A stretch of 49,762 bases of DNA from Gonapodya sp. JEL0774. Its lineage: Eukaryota. The DNA lies in assembly GCA_027604505.1 (NCBI GenBank), contig JADIIX010000151.1:1-49762 (forward strand), written 5' to 3'. The notes beneath the pieces are model-generated. The model saw nothing but the letters and a program-made list of their open reading frames with translations, searched no databases and was not told the DNA's origin. The stretch's first letter is position 1. Every line of letters begins with the position of its first letter. Below, piece after piece: positions 11,888-22,473 of this stretch. Both the position numbers and the translations under genes were made by a program.

Positions 11888-14067
11888 TTACTTTCTAATG
11901 ATCTATAAAAACCATACCTCATCGTTAACTTTCGATCCATCAAGAAGTCACCCGCGGAGGGACTCACATCAAAACCTGCCGGAGGAAATACGATGGCGTA
12001 CATCACGGCGATGCATTCCATGATAGATGCCACGAAAAGCAATACAAATGTGGCCCCTAGGTGCATTATGACTTTGGGGAGCCCATATCCCGCATCCATA
12101 TCTTGTAGGAATATACCTGGACAAGACTCCCAAATAAGTATGACCTCATTTCAACGGTACGACGCACGACAAGCATACCAATCATGTACAGGTAAGCAAA
12201 CACCACGAACGAAAAGTCTTTCAAAGCGCCGAACCAACGTGGTGTTCCCAAAGGTACGAAAAACCCAAGGACAATGGACACCACAGTTCCATAAAGTGCC
12301 AGAGTTCCAAGCGTCCAGAAGGCATTCCAAAGCTTTGGGAGGAATCCATTGAGGCGGCGTATTCCAACATACCACCGACGACGCTGCTTGAGAAAGTCAA
12401 TAAATGTTCCAGGGCTCTGCTCCCGAACTACCGCCGGGATTGCACCACAACGGAAGCCAAGATCCCAGGCTTTATTAACAAATGCGTAGTCTTCTGTTAG
12501 ACCTGAGAGCGGTGTGCAATAGTGGTTGAATAAAATCTCGTTTTCTGTTGTAAGACCCTTTCCGTAAACTCACTCCCTATATCCCAAGTAGCCATGTTCT
12601 CAACCTTCCCATTTGTCAAGAGAAAGCTTCCATGTGCTCCGAATACTGGCAAATGGATGTAAGTATACTGTAAGTGAAACCTCGCGATGTCGTCGCCGAC
12701 TCGGATGGCATCGGCAACAGTAAAGAACCAATTGGACCAATACCCATGGTGGTTGTACAAAATTGGGCCTTGTCCAAAGTCATAGTTGGTGTACCAGATA
12801 ACTAGCGCATATTAGCAGTTGCACTCCATCAGACACTGTTCCTCCTAGTCGGCTCTGGGATGACTCACAATCAAGAACTTTTGTCAGGCTGTGTGCGTCA
12901 ATCACACTGTCAAAACCCATTAAGGGCAGAATCATCAATCCGTCGTGCAGTACACAAAAGTGTGATCGCGTCGGGATTTAACCTTTCTTCATCCAGATGA
13001 AGCACCCAGTCATACTCCGTCAGCTTGAGCACCTTACGGTACCACTCCAATGCACGGGCTTTGTACATTGCTCTCTGTGGAACAAACTGTTTGGGGCAAC
13101 TCCAGCACTCAACACTTGGGTAGTAGTATGGTTCGTCTGTGAGGACGTGCACTCGCACAGCCGGGTGGACACGTTCGAGGTGCCTCATGCTGTAGTAAGA
13201 ACGATGGACACTTTCTGCATTGGACCCCCGGGTGACGATGCAAACGTAAAGGTTATCCAGTCGCCGCCGGCGGAGTGTCCGCTCCTCCAGTGAATTGTAT
13301 TTAGGGGAGGAGCGGAAAGGGAGGACAAGCCCCAGGAAGCAAATGAAAGTGTAGGGGAGTGGCAAGAGCCAGGTAAGTTTCCAGTAGCAAGAGTAGTTCC
13401 ATATTTGGTCATCTAGATTGGGGAAGGGGGTTTGAGTTGTGGCGACAGGGAGCACAGGGGCCCAACACCCACCGACATAATATTGAGGAAGGTAGAATGT
13501 CATTGCATACGAGCATGTCATGATGACAACTGTGTGGACGAACCATAGGTTTTCGATCAGTTTGGTGCTGAACCGCGATCGAAACCTGTTGGACAATATT
13601 GGGAACTCGGTCGGACTCTCACGACCCACGCGCTGCTCCTTCCCGCAGGTTACATACTCTTTGACATCAGTACTGGGTTCGTATGGTGCGTCCGTGTATA
13701 TGTCCGAGTCGGTGGCATCAAACTCGCTCCCGGACTGTGAGCTGGTAGGCCAGAGCTCGGCTGAGCTTGTCATCGTTCCCGCATCAAACTCGGTCACGGA
13801 AGAATCCTGTTCATATCGTAAAGTAAAATGCCAGATTTCCAAAATTTTAGAATTATAGGATGCAGGAGTTACACTTGCATTGACGGATTGTCCATCACTT
13901 CTCCCCCAGCTGGCTGCTGTCCTGTGATCCTTATACACACTATCACTGTCCGTATTTGATCGTGTATATAGAGGAAACTGGGAGGACTCCACTGTGTTGC
14001 TGCTCGAGCTGTGATGTCTTCGAAAAGATAGCTCCACCCCTTGGCTTTCAATTGCTGTGGCTGTCAT
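11888..14067 (-). CDS. GT2 glycosyltransferase, egghead/BRE-3-like beta-1,4-mannosyltransferase (multi-exon)
   Basis: Motifs VTRG.N, YKARALE, DWVLHLDEE, GQGPILY, ADAIRVGDD..RF, GAHGSF, TED, EQSP...DFLKQRRRW and terminal GFDIIRK*, with flanking TM helices. The start is uncertain. Confidence 0.85.
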
Positions 14068-14480
14068 AGTTGATGCGCTAAGAGATGTTGACAAAAACCG
14101 CTTCCATGGGAGTTTGCATTAAGCAACGACCGCCGTTGGTGGGGAAGCGGAGATAGAAACCGCAGGCAACAGAATCCCACCACCACAACCAGTGTGTCAC
14201 TTCGGACCATTATTGTCAATTTACACAGATCTGATTTGAACCCAGAGAACCACCTCATTATCCAGAAAAAGACTTTCAGTATGTACACCTTCACTTGCTG
14301 AAGAATTTCTTTCGCAAGGATTGCATTCAATCATTCGCGAGAGATGCTAATCATCAATTGCATCATTTGTTAACATTTATGTGCGCTTTCGCCTGCCGTC
14401 AAGCGCTCTATCCGAAGTTATAGCTCAAAATGGGGCAAACCAGTTTTGTCGACCACCATCCCACAAATTTCAAACAGCTC

Positions 14481-15387
14481 CTATCGTCCAGGCCCGCCTT
14501 GTTGCACTGATATTCAAGAATTTTGAATCCGCTTGTGCCAAAAATCGAATAGACGAAAAGAACAACACCGGCGAAAACTCACTTTGGGCATTTTGTTCTG
14601 CAAACCGCTGTCCCACCCGTTCCGAATGTTTCAAAAACTTGTCAGTGCATCGGGAGATGCAGGTTTCCTTTGCCCCGATATGAACGGGAAGCTTGTGAGG
14701 ATGTCGCTCCCACTTCCAGTTCACCACAACATCAGATAAGCACGTACCTCTTTCACGGCAAGCTTCGAGCTCGTGAAATCATTAACGCAGTCGTTGAAAC
14801 ATCGGTCTACCAGCCCGGCATACATCCTCAAAAAGTCTTTCATCTGTTCGGTTGTGGATTGGATGGGCGCGAACCATTTCAGAGTTTGAGCAGGGTTACG
14901 GAGAAAAAGAATTGTTGATTCATATAGAAAGTAGGTTCGTTGGAGTTTGTAAGTGCGATTACGTTTTCCCAAAGGTGTAAGCAGGTGAAGACTTACCTGC
15001 TTCTGCTCAATGAGTTGCTCCATTTGAGCCCGTTCCACGGCATTGAGGCTGGAAAGATCCTAAGTCCGCCAACGACAGAGTTGTATGATATCAATATACA
15101 TTGAGCAAGCGTGATCCCGGGTCAGAGCCCGAAGGTGAAAAGATCCTGAACAACTCCCATCCCGCATGCCACAAGAGCTCCAGAGCGCGAATCTTGCCAG
15201 ATGCAAGCGATTTACAGCACTGACATCTTTCGAGATGCTCCTCCTGGAGACTCATGTCGACAGTTTCGTGGATCCAGCGGGTTCTGGTTGTCGACGTGTC
15301 CGACTAACAGCGACCACGACACTCTCAAATTGATGACAACATTCTGGACAGTCCGATTTATCTTCTTTGTCCAGAAATCCTCACCAT
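14481..15387 (-). CDS. TIM9: Mitochondrial intermembrane-space small Tim chaperone Tim9
   Basis: Spliced product [81 protein letters not shown], with twin CX3C. The first coding exon is only the ATG (GCCATG|GTGAG). Confidence 0.93.
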
Positions 15388-15552
15388 GGCTGGTTTGAGT
15401 TGCAAACGAACGGGACAAGAAGGTTTATTGGAAATTGATATTGGGAGAGGGAAGTGAGAAACTTCGCCACTTCATGCCGGCTCCAACTACTTGTCACCAC
15501 GTCATCTTTCGCAAGCACACGGCTTTTTCTCAAGCCCCGGCACACACTTACC

Positions 15553-17900
15553 ATGGCGGATAGAATTGGCAATCTTTTGATAGGTCGCAAGAGCAACAAG
15601 AGTGTCTCAATCGAAATGCTGCCGTCCAAACCCAAAGAAGGTGATATAATCGCAAACGCATTCGGCGTCGAGTGAGGCATCATCACATACCGGGAGCGCT
15701 TTACGAACCATGGCTGTGACGTGTTGCTGAACATTCTGTTTTGTTATTGCCTGACCCTCAGCTCTGATGTGTTCCAGTACTCCTCCCCAAGGACTGCCAT
15801 TAATGGAACGGAATCTCCAGTCACAGAAGGACAGCCTGAGAGGGTGGCACAACAAGCGAGTGAGCCACCGCCCGAAGGAGTGGCGTCAGCTCACGATGAG
15901 CGTCTTGGTGAGGGAATACGGAGTCATTGTCTGTGTGCGAATGGTATCAGCTCATGTTCGTCGTTCGCACCAATTACCGAATCTCCCAACCCCGCCATCC
16001 ACCTCCTCGCTTTCTTACATTAAGAGAGGAGGGAGGTCTCCAGCACTCGTGTCAGACCTGAGCACGCAACTCCCATCCCCGAGCCGATGGCCGCACAAAT
16101 CGAGGACGACCGGGGCCTCCTTGATCCGGGAAAGATTGATTTAGCGTTGACTGTCGAAGGAGTTGATAGTAGGGGGACACTAGGAGTGCCAACCGATGTT
16201 GCTCTTGATCGCTCTGCAACGGAGATAACAAGCTCGTCTCGCCCCATGAAAGATGGAACCAGGCCCGGTGAGGTGCCTCAGACAGCCACTGTGATCGAAC
16301 GTCCGCCTTCGCGTTCCGCCTCTCAAGAATCTCTAGAGGTGGACGATGAAGCAATACCCGGAGTCGAAGCTGTTGAGTCAGAGACGGTACCATGGGGAGA
16401 CCCACCCCTGGAGGACATTTCCCCTGAAATGTTTCGCGTGGAACGGCCACGTGTGCTCGATGAGGCGTACGTACCTTTTGATCTAGATTCTCTGAGGAAA
16501 CGAAGGACCGTGACTACAAGGTGAGTGGCATGGAGATTCCATAACTGGAACCACGACCCTCAGCTCATTAGTTTTCACGTTTCCTTTTTCCCCACACTTA
16601 CGATCAATTACCCCAGAGAGATTTCCCGCCTTCGCCGCGATTTGGTGGACATCCACGGTGAGGTGAACGACATAATCTACCAAGCCAGACTCCAACGGAG
16701 GCGTCATGAAGAGCGACTGAGGTTTCTCCTCGCGTGAGTTGGGGAGGCGGGGAAAGGGATGTATTTCGCATACCAGGCCTTCAGTGATCACATATTATTC
16801 TCTTCTTTCTGTGGCCCCAATCATCCGTCAGCGACCACCGCCGCATTTTCCGTTCTCTCCGAGACCGTGGCGTCCTCGACGACGACGGCCGGTCTGTTTC
16901 GGACGACGATGATCACGAACGCGAGCCGTTCACCTATCGCTTCGGTGAAGTTGGCGGTGACGAGGCCAGTGCTGCCGGCGGATCGGATCGATTCGCGTAT
17001 AGGAACATGTCGGGCCGTGACGGGGGCTCCCCACACGCAACTGAGCGCATTCGAGGCCCCAACGTTGACCCCCCCCCTCCGTCGTCTCGGGTGCCGGTGA
17101 GCTCTTTCGGACCTGCGATGGCTCCCATCACCCCATCACGCCGGGACGTCGACACCACCATCACCGGGTGGGAGACGTCCGATGTTTCAGCTGCCCCTAC
17201 AGGGCCCGTGTCGCCTGCAAGCGCCACGATGGCGGAGAAGGGTGGTCGGTCTCGTCGCACGACGGAGGAGACGGCGGTGGAGATGGAGGCGGAGGACGGT
17301 CAGGTGTGGGGGGGGGAGGAGGGGGGGGAGGAGGAAGAGCGCAAGTCGAGGGATGATTCAGGGCCGGAATTGGTCATTCACGGTACGTCAAGGCCTGGTG
17401 TTTTCTCTTCATTCATGTGTTTTGTTTTGTTTTGTTTGTTTCTCCTGTCTTGGTTCTTTGGTCTTCTCTTCTCTCGTTGCTTTCTTCCTCTGTTGTCTTG
17501 GTGTGAGGCGTGGGAAAATCGAAGCACGATTGCTCACCGAATTCGGCGTACAACCAACCACCCCTCCCGCACCCGTCCCCCGCCCGCGATCCCCCCACCC
17601 TTCTCACCAGGTCCCAACGGCACAACCACCCTCGGCCTCGGTCTTGGCACCGGCCGCATCGCCTCGGTCCTCCGTGAAAAGGCCTCCAAACGGGCCCCTC
17701 TGGCCCTGCCGCCGCCACCGTCTGCAGTGCCGCTCAAGTTCTGGAATGTTCCCGGGAACAGACGCATGGTGCTCGACGCGTACGGTGCGGACGTGTTCGT
17801 GAGGCCGAAGGGGAAGGAGAAGAAGAAGGGGAGGACAGAGGAGGAGAGGAGGGAGATGTTTTATGCGGCGTATGGGGCGGATAGCTCAGTGCGGGGGTGA
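15553..17900 (+). CDS. Hypothetical, largely disordered protein with short central coiled coil (multi-exon)
   Basis: ATG 15553. GTGAG..CAG introns join the ORF pieces in the 15721, 16087, 16525 and 17007 frames; coil EISRLRRDLVDIHGEVNDIIYQARLQRRRHEERL. Confidence 0.55.
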
Positions 17901-18073
17901 GGCTGGGGTGGGTTGGGAAGGGTTGGAGCGAGTGGGGGACGGGGAGTGAAGTGAGAGAAGTGGTGGAACTGAGCAGAGGGGTGCTTCTAACAATTTTCTC
18001 GTACCTTCTTGACTTTCTTCTTTTGGTTTCTTTCCTTTACCCTTCTCGATGATCTTTTCTCGTTTCATTTTCA

Positions 18074-18101
18074 ATTCATTCATTCATTCATTCATTCATT
18101 C
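18074..18101 (+). repeat. (ATTC)7 microsatellite
   Basis: Directly visible tandem ATTC repeats. Confidence 0.9.
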
Positions 18102-18349
18102 GCTAACATGCAATTCAATGGAAAATCACACATTCAATCCATCCTTTTAATTCAATTCAATTCATGCATGCAACTCTTCTCCAATTCAAAAACCACGAAA
18201 CAAACAATCATAAATATCAGTCGTACCACGAACCCGTCCACCTCGCCACCTCGGTAAACCCCACCAGGCCCCGCCGCGTCTGCCGTGCTGTCCCCACGCG
18301 TCCACCACGAGCTCCACAACCCGTCACCGAGAGCACACCAAGTTCCCCA

Positions 18350-19790
18350 CTACTCCCCGCGCGCGCGTCCCGCTTGCGCCCCGCCCTCCACCGCGGGGTG
18401 GTCCAAGGCCGGAATCGCGCCCAAAGCGCCGTCCACTGTGTCGGTCTTTTTGGAATCGAGAACGATGGTGACGGGACCGTCGTTGACGATGTTGACGCTC
18501 ATCTTGTTAAAGGGCGGGGGGGTCAAAGGTAGGCAAGAGGGGGTGAGGGTGAGAAAGCAGGGAGTGCGTGGGTGGCGCCACCGTTGCAGGTGCCGGCTCC
18601 GGTTGTGGCTGGTGCTGTGCTTCACCCTGCCATGACCCCTTGCCCTCCGCTCCGCTCCGCTCAACCCTGTCATGGCGCGAGCCTTTGACTGCTCCCCGCC
18701 TCACCCTCCCATCAGAACGACTCCACCTGACCCGCTCACCAACCCACCATGGCCCCAAACACCCCATCCTTGACCCTCTCGGCCCCGACCACCCCGTACC
18801 TCTCCCTCACTTTCCTCACGAAGGTGTCGTACATGTCCTGGGCGCCGTCAGAGGATTTTTTGGCGCGGGAGAAGTCGGGTTTGGTGCCCTTCGAGAGGCG
18901 GGCGTGGAGGGTGAATTGGCTGACTTGTGGGTTGGGGGAGGCGGTGGGTCGAAGAGAGGCGTGTGGCGGCAGGAGAGGGATGAAGGGAATGGGGGAGAAT
19001 GTAAGGGCGAGAGCGAGAAAGGTCGGAGAACAAGAGTCAAGGACCGCAAGGATGAAAAGAATGAACAGGACGAACGGATCGAACGTTGAGAGGGGAGGGA
19101 AGTGTGATGAGTTGGAGGCCACAGACGGATGTTACTGAGAGATGATTAAAGGACAACACACGCTGTACATGTATTCGCATCCAAGAGGACAGCCCAGCGA
19201 TATTCATATGCCTAGTCCCCAGTGCGAGACCCCATGCCAGAACTCTTGCCAGCTTGCAGAACCTGCTCCGTGATAAACCCACTAGACACAGACGACCAGC
19301 AAGCGTCCCACACTCACCGCAGAGCACTTCGCCGTCCATGTCTCTGAGGCTCTTTGCCCAGGGCTTGTTCGAGAGAGGGTCTGCCCAGAGCTTGATGTCG
19401 AGGAGCTTCCTGACGCTAGGTTGGGCAAAGGGGGACAAAATCAAAAGCCAAAAGGAAATGGAAAAGAAAAGACATTAAAACGATGTCGTGCGTCAGGCAA
19501 AGTACTGTGGACCATGGAATGAATTGGAATGGGACTGACAGGGGGTCGATGTCGTCTTTCTCTGTGTCATCGTGTGCGATTCCAACGAGAATGCAGAGTC
19601 CGTGAGATATGGAAGAGACGAGTTGTCCGGCGACTGAGGGGGGGGTACGGGGGAGGGGACAAAGGGGGCAAAGTATGTATGTCGGAGGAGGATCGGGAGA
19701 TGAAGAACGGGAACTGGGAGGAGAGAACAGATGGACTGTGCACGCACCAGAGACGGACGCGGATGAGACGCGTTGGATGACAAGACGCAT
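18350..19790 (-). CDS. DTD1: D-aminoacyl-tRNA deacylase (multi-exon)
   Basis: Motifs MRLVIQRVSSASV, GLCILVGI, VSQFTL, KGTKPDF, DGVFGAM and V.IVNDGPVTI. Confidence 0.95.
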
Positions 19791-20088
19791 TTGACGAGGG
19801 CTGTCGGTGTCGGTGTCGGCAGGGAGATTTCCCACCACTTTAATACGTTAGCAAGATGAACCTGGGGAACCTTGAGCAGATCGGCGATCTTTCTGTCAAG
19901 ACTGCATGAATTTGAATTAGAATCTTGCTTGAAAAGAATCGATTGAAGAAGAATCAACGAACCCCGATCCCGATCCCGTGTGGGGATGGCTGTAGCCACC
20001 AGTTTCTGCCGTCCTTTTGTAAGAGAATCAGGCTTTGCACGTATGTATGGCACATTAATTACAAACTATTTCCTCAACCAGATCAGTC

Positions 20089-21108
20089 ATGGACACCCCC
20101 ATAGACACCCCGCGTGACGCTCAACTCATCGAGGCTGTCGAGAACGGACAGACTGAGCTTGTGTGCCAGTTGCTCGCCGACGGCGCGGATGCGAAGGCGC
20201 GAAAGAAAGTGACTCTGAGCTGCATTATTGGGCCGGATCTGAAAACGGACACGGTGGAGGGAGAATCGGCGTTGACGTTGGCAATTCTGCATCACCATTT
20301 GGACATTGCGGAAGTGCTGATTAGGCACGGGGCGGATCCGAATGAACCATGTGTCGCATGGCCGGTTGCGAACTACTATTCATCGTGGGATTCGGACAAG
20401 TGGAAAAGGGAGCGTTGGTGGGCCACGTTTTCGTTCCCTTCTTTAGTGACGCTGGCCGTGACACGCGGGGGCACATGGACGCAGTGGGACGGCTTTAGGG
20501 AAGACCGGCCAAACATTTACAATGCACTCGCCATCAACCACAAGGGCGGAAACGTCCAACTCACCGATCCACAGACGAACGATGACGCCTTCGTTAATTT
20601 TACTCTTCGCCCGTCACTTCCCATCGTCCAACTTCTCCTCCGCCACGGTGCGGTCATCTCTGACACCGAACTCGCCGCTGCTCGCAAGTTGACCGACACC
20701 CGATGTCTCCGAGCTCTCGAGCAACATCAAGCACAACATCCTACTCCGATTCAAGTCCAACCTCCTCTGTCTGCTCCTGTCCCTCCCTCTTCCTGGCCCT
20801 CTTCTCAATCCACCCAGTCTGTTCGCCACCTCCTCGCCGACAAGGATCGGGAGATCCAGGCGTTGCACGCTGAAGTGTGGCAGCTCAAGGCTCGCATTGA
20901 AGAGCTGTCAGTGAGAACAGTGGTGGCAGAGAGCAAGGCAGGCGATCTGGAGAGGCGGCTTTCGGAGTTTGCTGCTGAAAATGCAACACTCAGGGCAACC
21001 TGCCAAGGTCTGCACACTCAGCACACTCAGGACCACACCAGGATAGCTTTTTTGGAACAGGAGAATGCAGAACTTCGCTCCCAACTCACCCACACAAACT
21101 CCACCTGA
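20089..21108 (+). CDS. Ankyrin-repeat and coiled-coil protein, truncated before a decayed SH3 domain (possible pseudogene)
   Basis: Ankyrin motifs LIEAVENGQTELVCQLLADGAD, GESALTLAILHHHLDIAEVLIRHGADPN and IVQLLLRHGA; coiled coil in the C-terminal third; intronless. Confidence 0.8.
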   Translation: MDTPIDTPRDAQLIEAVENGQTELVCQLLADGADAKARKKVTLSCIIGPDLKTDTVEGESALTLAILHHHLDIAEVLIRHGADPNEPCVAWPVANYYSSWDSDKWKRERWWATFSFPSLVTLAVTRGGTWTQWDGFREDRPNIYNALAINHKGGNVQLTDPQTNDDAFVNFTLRPSLPIVQLLLRHGAVISDTELAAARKLTDTRCLRALEQHQAQHPTPIQVQPPLSAPVPPSSWPSSQSTQSVRHLLADKDREIQALHAEVWQLKARIEELSVRTVVAESKAGDLERRLSEFAAENATLRATCQGLHTQHTQDHTRIAFLEQENAELRSQLTHTNST

Positions 21109-21245
21109 CGAGCCCGAGTCACCCAAACCATCAAGCAACTCATGTAAGCCATGGTGGACTTTGAAGCCCGTGAGGTGAACGAACTACATGTCACGGTGGT
21201 GGAGGAATAATCGTGAATCTGGAGATTCGGGATGGGTGGGGATCA
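21109..21245 (+). pseudogene. Disabled SH3 domain continuing the ankyrin ORF
   Basis: The same frame past TGA 21106 reads RARVTQTIKQLM*AMVDFEAREVNELHVTV, then a frameshift to IIVNLEIRDGWGS (SH3 A..DF....EL and DGW motifs). Confidence 0.7.
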
Positions 21246-22473
21246 TTGAGTGCGGAAGGGTTCGATCAATCCACTACATCTGGCCATCCGCTCTCTATCC
21301 ACGACTTCGCCACGCTGTTTTGCCTTATTTACTGCCACGCCGCCGCTCAACTCCACCTTCCGCCTCCCTCCCTCTCCACCCATTGTTTCACCCGCCCCAC
21401 CAAGCCCGCCACAGTCACTCATTTCGCCCTGCAACCGCTGCCCATCATGTACCGCACTGACGTGGCAGGGCCACCCAAGTGGGCAACGTACTACCCCACA
21501 TTCCACAAGCCCCACTCCACCATGGTCGGGCACATGGCCTCTGAGGGGTGTGCAGGCAGGGAACGTGGACGCAGGATGGATTTTTTGGTGGCAGTATTAG
21601 TGTGGTGGACGCAGCGGGTCGGGTTTGGGGTGGTGGTGTCGGCGGTATGGGGATTGGGTGGCAGAACCAGGTGAGCGAGTCGGATGCTGGAGGAGCGCGA
21701 GGAGTAGGTTCTGGAGCGATGCCGGGAGCACAAGACGGACTCTGAGCGCAAGCACGCTAGGACTATGAAATGAGATGGTATGTTTGCATGGCAGGTTGGA
21801 GGGAGTGGAGAGTCCTGTTGTATGACGAGAGCTACGTATAGAGTGTAGGCATATATTTGTATGACAGTTACATGGTCGGCACACCGCCTGGGAGGGGTGT
21901 CTGTAAGGTCTCGCGGTGATGGTGGGAGCAATGCAGGAAGTGTGCTGGAGGGCAAGCACTGCCAAAACCAAATTACTGGGCCAAGTAGCATCATCCCCCA
22001 GCCACTGGAGCAAGAACTGTTGACGTACCAAAGTGAGCTCACATGTTGTCTACCAAATTCCCCTGTTTCTGACAGTCACATATGCTTGAGGTTGGTCATC
22101 CCAAACCATCTGCGACAGACTCCATACTACGGTTTGGAATAGGCTACATTGATTGCATGACACGTCGCCAAGCAAGGTTTTTGTATCAGTTATAAATGTA
22201 ACAGAGTATTATGCCATTGTAGAGGGGCCGAAGAGAGACGTCGAGAAGGGAATGTCCAGGAGCGAAAAAATCCACCAGGCGCATGTGAGCACGCCGAAAC
22301 ATTCCTAAACTTATGCGATAAGTTGTTTGTAATATTTGGGAGTAATGAGCAATGAGATTTGTTCTGGTGGCTGGTGATTTTGTGTTCTCTTCACACGACC
22401 TTCTCTCAAAAGTTCAACCGCCCAAGCCAAGACACTTTTATTCACCCGCGCACCAATCTACCATTTCGAGCTC

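Noticed and set aside
21106..21108. In-frame TGA as selenocysteine or readthrough codon (some early-diverging fungi use Sec)
   Set aside because: A TAA follows 13 codons later and then a frameshift; the context is not a redox motif and no SECIS was recognised.
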